Assembly: GCA_963785735.1 (NCBI GenBank)
Contig: CAWAWJ010000001.1
Coordinates: 196,873-260,872 of the forward strand
Origin: an uncultured Alphaproteobacteria bacterium
Lineage (GTDB): Bacteria; Pseudomonadota; Alphaproteobacteria; ATCC43930; CGMCC-115725
Direction of reading: 5' to 3'
DNA length: 64,000 nucleotides
Shown: positions 38,399-47,470 of the stretch, piece by piece
Layout: each line of letters opens with the position of its first letter
How positions within the stretch are numbered: position 1 is the first letter of the stretch
Position numbers and translations under genes: made by a program
Notes under the pieces: model-generated
The model's input: only the letters and a program-made list of their open reading frames with translations
What the model was told of the DNA's origin: nothing
Database searches by the model: none

Positions 38399-39078
38399 CG
38401 GCGCTCTCCGCCCGTGGGCTCGGCGACGATCGCCACCGCCTCGCTCAGGAAGGACAGCACGGCATGGCGCCGGCGCTCGGCGAAGCCCGCTTCGCGCAGC
38501 ATGGCGGCGAGATCGCTTTCCGAAACCGGGAAGGCCGCCGGATCCCCGAAACAGTCGAAGCGGCGCTTGAAATCGCGGCGCAGGCGGTGCCACTTTGTGT
38601 CGATCCCCTGGGTCAGCACCAGGCGCCGTTTGGCGAGGCGCGCCAGGGAGCCGATGAGCTGGCGTTGCTCGCCAAGCGGGAAATGCATCAGGAAACGCGC
38701 CGACAGCACGGCGTCGAAGCGGCTTCCGTCGGATTGGAGCGCGCGGATATCGGCCACCTTCGCGGTGAAACGGGCGCCGAAACGCGCCAGGCGGTTGCGC
38801 GCCATTTCCAGCATGGCGGGCGAGATGTCGATGCCGCAAACCTCGTAGCCCATCTCCAGCGCCACCTCGGCCAAGCGCCCGGTGCCGCAGGGGATGTCGG
38901 CGACGACGCTGCCCGGGGCCAGGCCTTCGAGCGCGCGGCGCACCGCGCGCCGGTCGAGACGGTTGAAGACGCGGCCGGCGAGGCTCGAAAAGCGCGTCCG
39001 GTCGTAGGATTCGGCGACGCCGCCGTCCTGGTAGTGCCGCGCCGGGTCCCAGCGCCCGGGAGTATGCGATGCGTCCAT
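38395..39078 (-). CDS. Class I SAM-dependent methyltransferase
   Basis: Start set at ATG 39076-39078 (MDASHTPGRW). SAM motif I VVADIPCGTGRLAEVALEMGYEVCGIDISPAML. Confidence 0.75.
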   Translation of the reverse strand: MDASHTPGRWDPARHYQDGGVAESYDRTRFSSLAGRVFNRLDRRAVRRALEGLAPGSVVADIPCGTGRLAEVALEMGYEVCGIDISPAMLEMARNRLARFGARFTAKVADIRALQSDGSRFDAVLSARFLMHFPLGEQRQLIGSLARLAKRRLVLTQGIDTKWHRLRRDFKRRFDCFGDPAAFPVSESDLAAMLREAGFAERRRHAVLSFLSEAVAIVAEPTGGERR

Positions 39079-39086
39079 CGGCCCCC

Positions 39087-40100
39087 TCACCCTGCCGCCG
39101 CGCGGCCGAGCTCGTCCGCGACCTGGGTCACGATCTGCTCGAAGCGGTAGCGGCCGTAGGATTCGCGGACCGGATCGGGCGGCGCCGTCTCCATCTCGAT
39201 CCAGAAGCGCAGCAGGCCCTGGAGCCGCGCCCACAGCAAGGGCAGGCGCAGATCGAGCGCCGCGCCTTGCGCGTAGCCGGCGAGGAAATGCCGCACGATG
39301 TCGTCATGGCGCCAGCCCAGCATCCAGCCGCTCGGCCGCCAGGAACGGAAATCCATGTCGCGGATGAACTTGGCGAGATCGAGCGTCACCGCGTCGTTCC
39401 AATCGCTCGAGATGTCGAGGCCGGCTAGCTCGCCGCCGACGATCATCAAATTCTCGGCCTTGAAATCGCCGTGATGGATGGCGCACGGAACCGGGATCGA
39501 TCCCACCAGGCCCGCCGTCCGGCGCAACACGCCGTTGCCGTGGGCGAAACTGAGATTGGCGGAGATGCTGGGCGCCTGGGGCAAGTCCTCGTCGATGCTG
39601 GCGATCAGCGCCTCCGTGCCGGTCGGGCGCGGCGGCATACGGCGCAAATCGTGGAAGCGCTTGAGCCAGGCGCCGGATTTCTCCGACCAGAATGCTATTT
39701 CCGCGGCCGAGGTCATCGGGCTCGCCAGCAACGCCGCGACCGGCCGGCCTTCGACCCATTCCATCACCAGGCAGGCATGGTCCTCGATCAGATGCAGCGC
39801 GCGCACCAGCTTCAACGGCTCCGGGCCGGATTCCGCTTGCGCGTCGAGCCAGGTGAGCACGTCATATTGCATGCGCGCCAGTTTGACGTCGGGATGGCCG
39901 CCGCGGTCGAGACAGAATTTGAGCGCGAGCGGCGTGGCATAACCCGATGCGATGCAGCGGAACAGGCGCGACACCCGGCTTACGCCCAAGGGGCCGGTGA
40001 CGCGGCATTCGCGGAACGGATGGGCGCGGCCGATGGCGCGGCCGGCGAGCAGCCGCACCACGCCTTCGGGCATCAGATCGCCGAGGGTTTCGACGCTCAT
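39087..40100 (-). CDS. Protein-kinase-fold phosphotransferase (APH/choline-kinase/WaaP-like)
   Basis: Start set at ATG 40098-40100 (ATGA overlap with the upstream GT2 stop). Catalytic loop HHGDFKAENLMI followed by GLDISSDW. Confidence 0.6.
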   Translation of the reverse strand: MSVETLGDLMPEGVVRLLAGRAIGRAHPFRECRVTGPLGVSRVSRLFRCIASGYATPLALKFCLDRGGHPDVKLARMQYDVLTWLDAQAESGPEPLKLVRALHLIEDHACLVMEWVEGRPVAALLASPMTSAAEIAFWSEKSGAWLKRFHDLRRMPPRPTGTEALIASIDEDLPQAPSISANLSFAHGNGVLRRTAGLVGSIPVPCAIHHGDFKAENLMIVGGELAGLDISSDWNDAVTLDLAKFIRDMDFRSWRPSGWMLGWRHDDIVRHFLAGYAQGAALDLRLPLLWARLQGLLRFWIEMETAPPDPVRESYGRYRFEQIVTQVADELGRAAAG

Positions 40101-41074
40101 CGCCCCAGGCTCCGCCCCAGACTCCGGGACAGCATTCGGCGCGGCGGGGTCAACAGATTGGCGAGCGGCGATCGCCCCAACAACGCCGCCTTCGCGAGCA
40201 GCCAGGAACCTTCGCCCCAAGCTCCGGCGTCGAGACGATTCTTGCCGAGGCGCTCATAACGGCGGCCGAGGATGGATCGGCGTTCGCGCGGCGAGAGCCG
40301 CCCGCCGAGATCGGCCAAATGCCGGCGCACCATGCGCAACACTTCGGCGGATTGGCGCGGCGCCAGGCCGATTGAATAGCTGTGGGGCATCCAGTGATAG
40401 ACCGCGAGTTTTTCGGGCAGCGCATGGAGGCCGCCTTCGAGCGCCAGGCGGATGAACAGATCCTGATCCTCGCCCACGGTGAGATCGGGGGCGAAGCCGC
40501 CGATGCGTTCCAGCAGATCGCGCCGCGTCAGCACCGCGGATGTCGCGACGAAGGAGGAGGCGAGCAGCGTCTTCCAGGCCTCGGTGCCCGACACCGGCGC
40601 CTGGCGGGCATAGACCGAGCTGCCCTCGGCCCCGTCGGCGGTGGTGACGCCGATGTCGCAGATCACCAGCGCCAGGCGGGGATCGGCCGCGAAGGCCGCC
40701 ACCTGCTTTTCGAGTTTTTCGGGCAGCCATTCGTCGTCGGCGTCGAGAAACGCCACCAGCTCGCCCTTGGCCGCCGAGATGCCGAGATTGCGCGCCTTGG
40801 CCGGACCGCAATTGACCGGCAGGCGGATGAGCCGGATGCGCGGATCGTTCATGGCCTCGACAAGGGACGCGCCGTCATCCGCGCTGGCGTCGTCGACGAC
40901 GATCGCTTCCCAATTCGTATAGCGTTGCGCCCCGATCGAGGCGAGCGCGCGGGCGATGGTTAACGCCGCGTCGAACATGGGCACGACGACCGACACCAGC
41001 GGCCGGTAGACCGGCGCGGCCGCCGCGGCAATAGGCCGGTTTTCCATGCTCTGCGTGCTGCTCTGCTGCGCCAT
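40097..41074 (-). CDS. Glycosyltransferase family 2
   Basis: Start set at ATG 41074 (MAQQSSTQ). VSVVVPMFDAALTIARALASIGAQRYTNWEAIVVDDASADDG and DxD FLDADDEW. Confidence 0.85.
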   Translation of the reverse strand: MAQQSSTQSMENRPIAAAAAPVYRPLVSVVVPMFDAALTIARALASIGAQRYTNWEAIVVDDASADDGASLVEAMNDPRIRLIRLPVNCGPAKARNLGISAAKGELVAFLDADDEWLPEKLEKQVAAFAADPRLALVICDIGVTTADGAEGSSVYARQAPVSGTEAWKTLLASSFVATSAVLTRRDLLERIGGFAPDLTVGEDQDLFIRLALEGGLHALPEKLAVYHWMPHSYSIGLAPRQSAEVLRMVRRHLADLGGRLSPRERRSILGRRYERLGKNRLDAGAWGEGSWLLAKAALLGRSPLANLLTPPRRMLSRSLGRSLGR

Positions 41075-41154
41075 CCGGGCTCCTCGCCCCCAACGAAGCC
41101 GGACGCGGAAATCTCTCTCCGCGCCCGCCTCGATCAATGTGACGGGGAGCGGTG

Positions 41155-41216
41155 AATTTCCGGTTAAGCAATCGTCAACCGGCGTCTTGTTAACCTTTGG
41201 GAAGTAACCGGAAATT
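41155..41216. promoter_or_regulatory. 12-bp perfect inverted repeat pair (AATTTCCGGTTA ... TAACCGGAAATT) in the divergent EPS promoter region
   Basis: Read directly: arms at 41155-41166 and 41205-41216, separated by 38 nt. A nested GGTTAA/TTAACC pair lies inside. It sits between the GT2 operon (minus) and the wzx operon (plus). Confidence 0.45.
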
Positions 41217-41309
41217 TAAGGCTTTCAGGCTAATAAAAAGGGCCAATTCGGCAGAGGAATCCATGGGTTTTCACGGAACCGGCATGCTTCCGGCGGCGGG
41301 AATGCGGCG

Positions 41310-42851
41310 ATGATCGAAGCGCCCCTGATCCCCAGCGTCGTCACCAAGATTTCGCTCGGCCAGCAGATCGCCAAGGGCGCGATCTTCATGGTGGCGCTGC
41401 GCGTCGCCTTCCGCTTCCTCGGGCTGTTGAGCTCGCTCATTTTGCTGCGCCTGCTGGCGCCGTCGGATTTCGGCATCGTCGGGCTGGCGATGGCGGCGCT
41501 GTCGATCCTCGAGGTGTTGAGCGATCTGTCGTTCCAGGCGGGCATCATCCGCATGCCCAAGCCGCGGCGCGTCCATTACGACACCGCGTGGACGCTCGGC
41601 ATATTGCGCGGCGTCGCGATGGCGATTCTGGTGGTGGCCATGTCGCCGCTCCTCGCCAAGATGGTCGACGATCCGCGCGTCATCGATCTCTCCTTCGCGC
41701 TCGCGGCCATCTCGGTGCTGCAAGGATTCGAGAATATCGGCGTGGTCGATTTCCAGCGCCATTTCGAATTCGACCGCTATTTCCGCTATCAGGTCTTCGG
41801 CAAGCTCGCCGGCGTCTGCGTCTGCGTTCCCGCGGCTTTCCTTTCGCACAGCTACTGGGCGCTCATCGCCGGCATCGCCGCGACCCGGCTGTCGACCGCG
41901 GCGGCGAGCTTCGTCGTCAGCGACTACCGCCCGCGCCTCAGCCTCGCCGCGTGGCGCGATTTGTTCAATTTCTCGAAATGGCTGCTGGTGTCGAACGTGC
42001 AGTGGATGATCGACGCCAACATCATGACCTTCATGACCGGCTACGTCGCCGGCGCGTCCTCGATCGGTCTCTATCAGGTGGCGAACCAAGTGGCCTCGCT
42101 GCCGGCGAGCGAGGTCGCCGCGCCCATCCGCCAGCCGATGTATGCCGGGCTGTCGCGCGCCGCCGACGACATGCCGGAGCTGCGCCGCCAGACGCTCGAC
42201 GGCTTGTTCATGACGCTCGCCTTGGTTGCGCCGATGTCGATCGGCATCTCGCTGATGGCTTCGCCCATCGTCGATCTGTTCTTCGGCTGGAAATGGATCG
42301 CCGCCATCCCGCTGGTCCATTTGTGCGCCCTCTACGCGCTGTGCGACGCGGTCGGCCATTTCACCCACAACGTCTACATCGTGACGCACCGGCAGCGCCG
42401 CTTCGTCGGCGTCTTCACCGTGGCGCTCGCGGTGCGCATTCCGGCGATCGTGCTGGGCGCGGTGTTCTACGGCGTCTACGGCGCGACATTCGCGCTGGTC
42501 GTCACATCCGTCTTCAACATGGTGTTGTGGTCGGTGAACATTTTTCCGCAGGTCGGGATTTCCTTCCGCGACGTCGCGCGCGGCACCTGGCGCACCGTGT
42601 TCGGCGTGCTGGTGATGGCGGTGGCCGTGATCTGGCTGAGCGATCTCTGGCCGGAGCCGCCGGGCATGCCGGCGGGCCTCTTGCGTTGCGCGGTCATCTG
42701 CGTGATCGGGGCCGCGATCCATATAGCATCCCAATTGGCCGCCTGGCGCGTCTCGGGCGAGCCGCCGGGCGCCGAGCGCCATATCCTGAAAAGCGCGCGC
42801 GTCATCGCCGTCCGTCTGGGTCTTGTCGCATCCAAGCGGGTGCCGGCATGA
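41310..42851 (+). CDS. Polysaccharide flippase (Wzx, MOP superfamily)
   Basis: 513 aa, about 12-14 TM segments. N-terminus KGAIFMVALRVAFRFLGLLSSLILLRLLAPSDFGIVGLA is typical of Wzx/RfbX-type flippases. Confidence 0.75.
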   Translation: MIEAPLIPSVVTKISLGQQIAKGAIFMVALRVAFRFLGLLSSLILLRLLAPSDFGIVGLAMAALSILEVLSDLSFQAGIIRMPKPRRVHYDTAWTLGILRGVAMAILVVAMSPLLAKMVDDPRVIDLSFALAAISVLQGFENIGVVDFQRHFEFDRYFRYQVFGKLAGVCVCVPAAFLSHSYWALIAGIAATRLSTAAASFVVSDYRPRLSLAAWRDLFNFSKWLLVSNVQWMIDANIMTFMTGYVAGASSIGLYQVANQVASLPASEVAAPIRQPMYAGLSRAADDMPELRRQTLDGLFMTLALVAPMSIGISLMASPIVDLFFGWKWIAAIPLVHLCALYALCDAVGHFTHNVYIVTHRQRRFVGVFTVALAVRIPAIVLGAVFYGVYGATFALVVTSVFNMVLWSVNIFPQVGISFRDVARGTWRTVFGVLVMAVAVIWLSDLWPEPPGMPAGLLRCAVICVIGAAIHIASQLAAWRVSGEPPGAERHILKSARVIAVRLGLVASKRVPA

Positions 42852-42890
42852 CCGGCCATTCCCCGATTCCCCGGAGCTGAGAGAACCGCC

Positions 42891-44222
42891 ATGCGTTCAA
42901 TTGCCCTCGCCATGCTGATCTTCGGGCTTCTGCCCACGGCGTTCATGTCGCCCTTCGTCAGCGTGTTGCTGTGGTCTTACATCTCCTTCGGCAGCGCCCA
43001 GCGATTGACCTGGGGCATGGCCGAGAACATTCCCTTCGCCTTGGTCGTCGGCCTCGCCGGCATCGCCGGCTGGATGATGTGCGAACGGCGCCGGCTGCCG
43101 ATGGACCGCATCACCGTGCTCCTGCTGCTCTACGTGGCGATGATCACCATTTCCACCTCCTTCGCGCTGGTGCCGGACATGGCCTGGCCGAAGTGGTGGA
43201 TCACGGTGAAGGCCTTCATCTTCGTCTTCGTCACCGCGGCGATGTTGACCAACAAGGTGCGCATCCACGCGCTCATCTGGATCATGGTCATCGCGGTCGG
43301 ATATTACGGCATCAAGGGCGGCATCTTCACGCTGATGACCGGCGGCAATTACCGCATTTTCGGCCCGGCGCAGACCATGATCGGCGACAACAACCACATC
43401 GCCTGCGCGCTGGTCGTGGTCATGCCGCTGATGAATTATCTCGGCCGGCAATCGAAGAACGAGTTATTGCGATTCGGCTCGCGCGCCGCCATGGCGCTTT
43501 GCCTGCTCTCCGTGCTGGCCTCCTATTCGCGCGGATCGTTCCTGGCGCTCATCGCCATGCTGCCCTTCCTGGTGCAGCACTCGAAGCACAAGGTCGGGGT
43601 GGCGGCCGTCGTCGTCGTTATGCTGGCCTTCTCGATCAGCTTCATGCCGACGCAATGGATCGAGCGCGTCCAAACCATCTCGACCTATCAGCAAGACTCC
43701 TCGGCCGAAGGCCGCATCCAAATATGGCGGGGGGCGTTCGACATCGCGCTCGCCCGGCCGCTTGTGGGCGGCGGCTTCATGGCGCCTTACAGCCAGGACG
43801 TGCTCGACCAATACGCGCCGGGCACCCAATCGAGGGCGGTGCATTCGATCTGGTTCGAGAATCTGGGCGAGAACGGCTTCATCGCGTTCGGCCTCTGGAT
43901 CGCGATCGCGCTCACCATGCTGCAGAATTGCCGCTACATCATCCGGCGCACCAATGGCAATTTGCAGCTCAAATGGGCGAACGATCTGGCGCATATGTCC
44001 TTCGTCGCCGTCATCGGATTCCTGGTCGGCGGCACGTTCTTGTCGCTGTCTTATTGGGACTTCTACTTCACGCTGGTCGTCGTGCTGGCGGCGACGCGGC
44101 GCATCGTCGTCGCCGAACTGGCGCCCGAGAAGCCGCGCTTCGCCCGCATGCTGGCCTCGCGTAGCGCGCCGCGGGGAGCGCTGCCGCGGCCGGGCATGGC
44201 GATGCCGGGCGAGGCGGACTAG
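42891..44222 (+). CDS. O-antigen ligase/polymerase-like membrane protein (Wzy-type; exosortase-A-associated O-glycosylation ligase family)
   Basis: 443 aa, polytopic. Central SRGSFLALIAMLPFLV.. and a periplasmic loop with RIQIWRGAFDIALARPLVGGG, as in the Wzy_C/O-antigen ligase domain. Confidence 0.75.
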   Translation: MRSIALAMLIFGLLPTAFMSPFVSVLLWSYISFGSAQRLTWGMAENIPFALVVGLAGIAGWMMCERRRLPMDRITVLLLLYVAMITISTSFALVPDMAWPKWWITVKAFIFVFVTAAMLTNKVRIHALIWIMVIAVGYYGIKGGIFTLMTGGNYRIFGPAQTMIGDNNHIACALVVVMPLMNYLGRQSKNELLRFGSRAAMALCLLSVLASYSRGSFLALIAMLPFLVQHSKHKVGVAAVVVVMLAFSISFMPTQWIERVQTISTYQQDSSAEGRIQIWRGAFDIALARPLVGGGFMAPYSQDVLDQYAPGTQSRAVHSIWFENLGENGFIAFGLWIAIALTMLQNCRYIIRRTNGNLQLKWANDLAHMSFVAVIGFLVGGTFLSLSYWDFYFTLVVVLAATRRIVVAELAPEKPRFARMLASRSAPRGALPRPGMAMPGEAD

Positions 44223-44250
44223 GCCGCCGGAAAAATAGGGAGAGACAAGG

Positions 44251-44487
44251 ATGGACGCAGCATTTTTCTTCTTCTCGCTCGCCGGCGTGCTGATGGTGGT
44301 GCATTGGCTGGTGACCAACGACAAAGCCGGCAACCACGGCAAGACCCGCGGCATCTTCGCCATGCGCGAACCCGAGGACATCGCCGCGGAAACCGAAATC
44401 GCCGCCCGGGGCAAGTTCAGCGCCCGGCGGACGGTCAAGACGGCGAAACCGGCCGCCAAGCCGGCTGGCCACCGGCGCCCGTTCTGA
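44251..44487 (+). CDS. Small single-pass membrane protein (hypothetical)
   Basis: 78 aa. One N-terminal TM helix (FFFFSLAGVLMVVHWLV) and a basic tail. Fills the gap between the wzy-like gene and the ATP-grasp gene. Purine-rich gggagagacaagg precedes the ATG. Confidence 0.35.
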   Translation: MDAAFFFFSLAGVLMVVHWLVTNDKAGNHGKTRGIFAMREPEDIAAETEIAARGKFSARRTVKTAKPAAKPAGHRRPF

Positions 44488-44525
44488 CCGTCCGTGAAAT
44501 TCGGGAAAGCATAGAGAGACAGCCG

Positions 44526-46349
44526 ATGGGCCTCGTGACGCCGAAAGGGGAAGAAATCCAGGACCAGCGCCCGCGCAAGGCGCTCGTCATCGGCGACGAC
44601 ACGCGGAGTTTTCTCTCGACCGTGCGCTCCCTGGCCAAACGGCATATCGAGGTGCACGCCGCCCCGTTCGATTTCCGCTCCCCGGCCTTGACGTCGCGCC
44701 ACATTACGCGCCTTTGCTATCTCCCCTATTACCTCGGCGACGGGGCCGAGTGGCTGGCCGCGGTCGAGGAACTTTTCCGCCGCGAGCGCTACGATCTCGT
44801 CATCCCGTGCGACGAACGCACCTTGCTGCCGCTCCATCATCACCGCGAGCGTCTCGCAAAGCTGTGCCGCCTGGCCATTCCCAATGAACGGGCCATGGCG
44901 GTTTTCTTCGACAAGAATGCCACGCGCGAACTGGCGCGGTCGCTCGGCGTTCCGGTGGCTCAAGGACGGCTGATCGCGGCGGCGGACACGGCCCAGGCCA
45001 TCATCGGCGAAGCCGGGTTGCCTTTGGCCGTGAAGCCGTTGCAATCCTACGCCCTGGGCGGTCTCCACGCGCGCGACAAGGTCGTGATCGTGGACGACGC
45101 GGAATCCTTGTCGCGGATTTTGCCTTCCCTGCGCGGCGGCGGCCATTTGTTCGAGGCTTTTTTCGCCGGCGACGGCGTCGGGGTTTCGGTGCTGGCGTCG
45201 CGGGGAAAGGTGCTGCAGGCCTTCCAGCACCGCCGGGTGCATGAATGGAACGGAAACGGCTATTATCGGGTGAGCGCGCCGCTCTCGGCGCCGCTCCTCG
45301 AGGCGACCGGAAAAATCATCGCGGCCTCGGACTATACCGGCGTCGCCATGTTCGAATTCAAGGTCAACCAAGAGTCGGGCGCGTGGGTTCTGCTCGAGGT
45401 CAATGCCCGCCCCTGGGGCTCGATGCCATTGCCGGTGGGCATGGGCGTGGATTTTCCCTATTTCTGGCACCAGCTGCTGGTGGAAAATATTGAAACGCCG
45501 GCGCGCGCCTATCGCACCGGCGTCTATGCCCGCAACTTCGTTCCCGATTTCCGTCAGCTCGTCACCCGCGTCAGGGCGCTGAAAGGCCGCCCGGCGGATC
45601 AAGCGCGGCTTCTGCTGCGCGAGACCCTGGAGCATGGCCGCCTTTTCATTGGCCGCGAATTCCACGATGTCCTGACGTTCGACGACCCGCGTCCCGGCTT
45701 CGCCGAGCTCGGCGGCATCTTCCGGAAAGAGTGGCCGCGTCTTTCGGCCCGGCTTCCCGGATTTGCCGCGCGAACCCGGCGGCGCGACCGCGCGGCGCTG
45801 ATGCGGGCGTTGCGCCAAGCCGGCGGCAACGCTTTCAGCATCGTCTTCGTGTGCCAGGGCAATATCTGCCGCAGCCCGTTTGCCGCCGCGGCGCTCGAGC
45901 GCCGGATCACCTCCGAGCGGCCGGGCTTGCGCGCTGCATCGGCGGGAATGATCCCCCGGAACGGGGCGGTTTCGCCGCCCGCCGCCATCGAAGCGGCATT
46001 GGAGAACGGGATCAATCTGGCGCCGCACCGCTCCCGCCACCTCTCGCGCGAGCAGGCCGAGAACGCGGATTTGCTGGTGGTCTTCGACCAGAAAAATCTG
46101 GATTGGTTGAGGAACCGCTATCCCGACCTGGCCACGCCGGTTATACGGCTCGGCAGCTTCGAGGATGACGGGGCGCCCGACATCGCCGATCCGGATGGAC
46201 GGGATATCGGCGTTTTCCGCGACACCTATGCCCGGATCGAGACCGCCATCGGCGGCTTGCTGGAGGCGGTCTATGGCGCCGGAACCGCCGAGTCTTCCGG
46301 CGACGGAGCCGTGCATCTCCAGCGCTACCGGCGGCCCCGCGCGGCGTGA
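44526..46349 (+). CDS. ATP-grasp enzyme fused to a low-molecular-weight protein-tyrosine phosphatase (Wzb-like)
   Basis: In-frame part of ORF 44304..46349, start ATG 44526. N-terminal ~350 aa show ATP-grasp features (DKNATRELARSLGVPV.., LPLAVKP, LLEVNARPWGS). The C-terminal ~150 aa carry the LMW-PTP P-loop VCQGNICRS (45849-45875) and the Asp loop IADPDG. Confidence 0.8.
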   Translation: MGLVTPKGEEIQDQRPRKALVIGDDTRSFLSTVRSLAKRHIEVHAAPFDFRSPALTSRHITRLCYLPYYLGDGAEWLAAVEELFRRERYDLVIPCDERTLLPLHHHRERLAKLCRLAIPNERAMAVFFDKNATRELARSLGVPVAQGRLIAAADTAQAIIGEAGLPLAVKPLQSYALGGLHARDKVVIVDDAESLSRILPSLRGGGHLFEAFFAGDGVGVSVLASRGKVLQAFQHRRVHEWNGNGYYRVSAPLSAPLLEATGKIIAASDYTGVAMFEFKVNQESGAWVLLEVNARPWGSMPLPVGMGVDFPYFWHQLLVENIETPARAYRTGVYARNFVPDFRQLVTRVRALKGRPADQARLLLRETLEHGRLFIGREFHDVLTFDDPRPGFAELGGIFRKEWPRLSARLPGFAARTRRRDRAALMRALRQAGGNAFSIVFVCQGNICRSPFAAAALERRITSERPGLRAASAGMIPRNGAVSPPAAIEAALENGINLAPHRSRHLSREQAENADLLVVFDQKNLDWLRNRYPDLATPVIRLGSFEDDGAPDIADPDGRDIGVFRDTYARIETAIGGLLEAVYGAGTAESSGDGAVHLQRYRRPRAA

Positions 46350-46363
46350 GCGGGATCGGGCCC

Positions 46364-47464
46364 ATGAACAAGGCGACGTCACTCTATCTCGATGCCGTGC
46401 GGTTCCTGGCGGCGCTGCTGGTGTTCATCTCCCATGCCTGCGGCCAGCGCATCAGCGGCGGTCTCTTCTGGCAGCTCGGCTCCTATGGGCCGGAAGCCGT
46501 GACGGTCTTCTTCGTGCTGTCGGGTTTTGTCATCGCGCACGCCACGGCGACGCGCGAAACCTCGCCCGCCTCCTACGCCGTGGCGCGGCTTTCCCGGATT
46601 TATTCGGTGGCCTTGCCGGCCTTGATTCTCACCGCCGCGGCCGACGCCACGGCGCGCGCCATCGATCCCGGCCTTTATACCGAAGCCTATGGCTATGCCG
46701 CTTCCGGCCAGCCCTGGCAGTATTTGCTGTCGGCGCTGTTTCTCAACCGGATTTGGATGCTGGAGGCGAACCCGGGCTCGAACTGGTCCTATTGGTCGCT
46801 CGGCTACGAGGTTTGGTATTATGCGATCTTCGCCGCGCTGACATTCCTCGCCGGCCGGCGCCGGGCGATCGCGGTGGCCGCCCTTCTCGGCTTCGTCGGC
46901 CCCAGCATCGCCGCCATGTTCCCGCTCTGGCTCTTGGGCGTGGCGTGTTACCGGATTTGCGCCGCGGCGCGGATCGGCCGGGTGGCCGGCCTGGCGCTGT
47001 TTCTGTTCTCGGTCGGGGCCTGGGCACTTTGCGAAATCGTCGCGTTGCAACCGGGCGGCCTATTGCTGACCGATCCCCGGTGGCTCGCGATCCTGCAACG
47101 GCCCGAATTGGTGCGGGATTATATCGCCGGATTCGCCTTCGCCGGCACGCTGGTGGGATTTCGCGCCGCCTCCGGCTGGATCGAGCCCTATACCGCCGGA
47201 TCGTGGCGTTTCCTGCGATGGATCGCGGGCGCGACCTTCTCGCTTTATCTCTTTCACGAACCGTTGCTACGCTTGCTGGCGACGGTAAGCCCGTTTCCGC
47301 CCGCGTCATGGGCGGGACGCGGGCTGGTGCTCGGGGGGACATTCGCGCTCGTCCTGGCGCTGGCGCAGGTGACCGAACGGCGCAAGGGCGCCTGGCGCCG
47401 CGCGCTGGCCGCAATCATGCCGTGGGGCGCGGGCGCAAGCGTGGCCGCGGCCCGGACCCCGTGA
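46364..47464 (+). CDS. Acyltransferase family 3 (polysaccharide O-acyl/acetyltransferase)
   Basis: MNKATSLYLDAVRFLAALLVFISHA is the typical acyltransferase_3 N-terminus, with about 10 TM segments. Alternative GTG start at 46346 overlaps the upstream stop. Confidence 0.8.
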   Translation: MNKATSLYLDAVRFLAALLVFISHACGQRISGGLFWQLGSYGPEAVTVFFVLSGFVIAHATATRETSPASYAVARLSRIYSVALPALILTAAADATARAIDPGLYTEAYGYAASGQPWQYLLSALFLNRIWMLEANPGSNWSYWSLGYEVWYYAIFAALTFLAGRRRAIAVAALLGFVGPSIAAMFPLWLLGVACYRICAAARIGRVAGLALFLFSVGAWALCEIVALQPGGLLLTDPRWLAILQRPELVRDYIAGFAFAGTLVGFRAASGWIEPYTAGSWRFLRWIAGATFSLYLFHEPLLRLLATVSPFPPASWAGRGLVLGGTFALVLALAQVTERRKGAWRRALAAIMPWGAGASVAAARTP

Positions 47465-47470
47465 GCGAGG

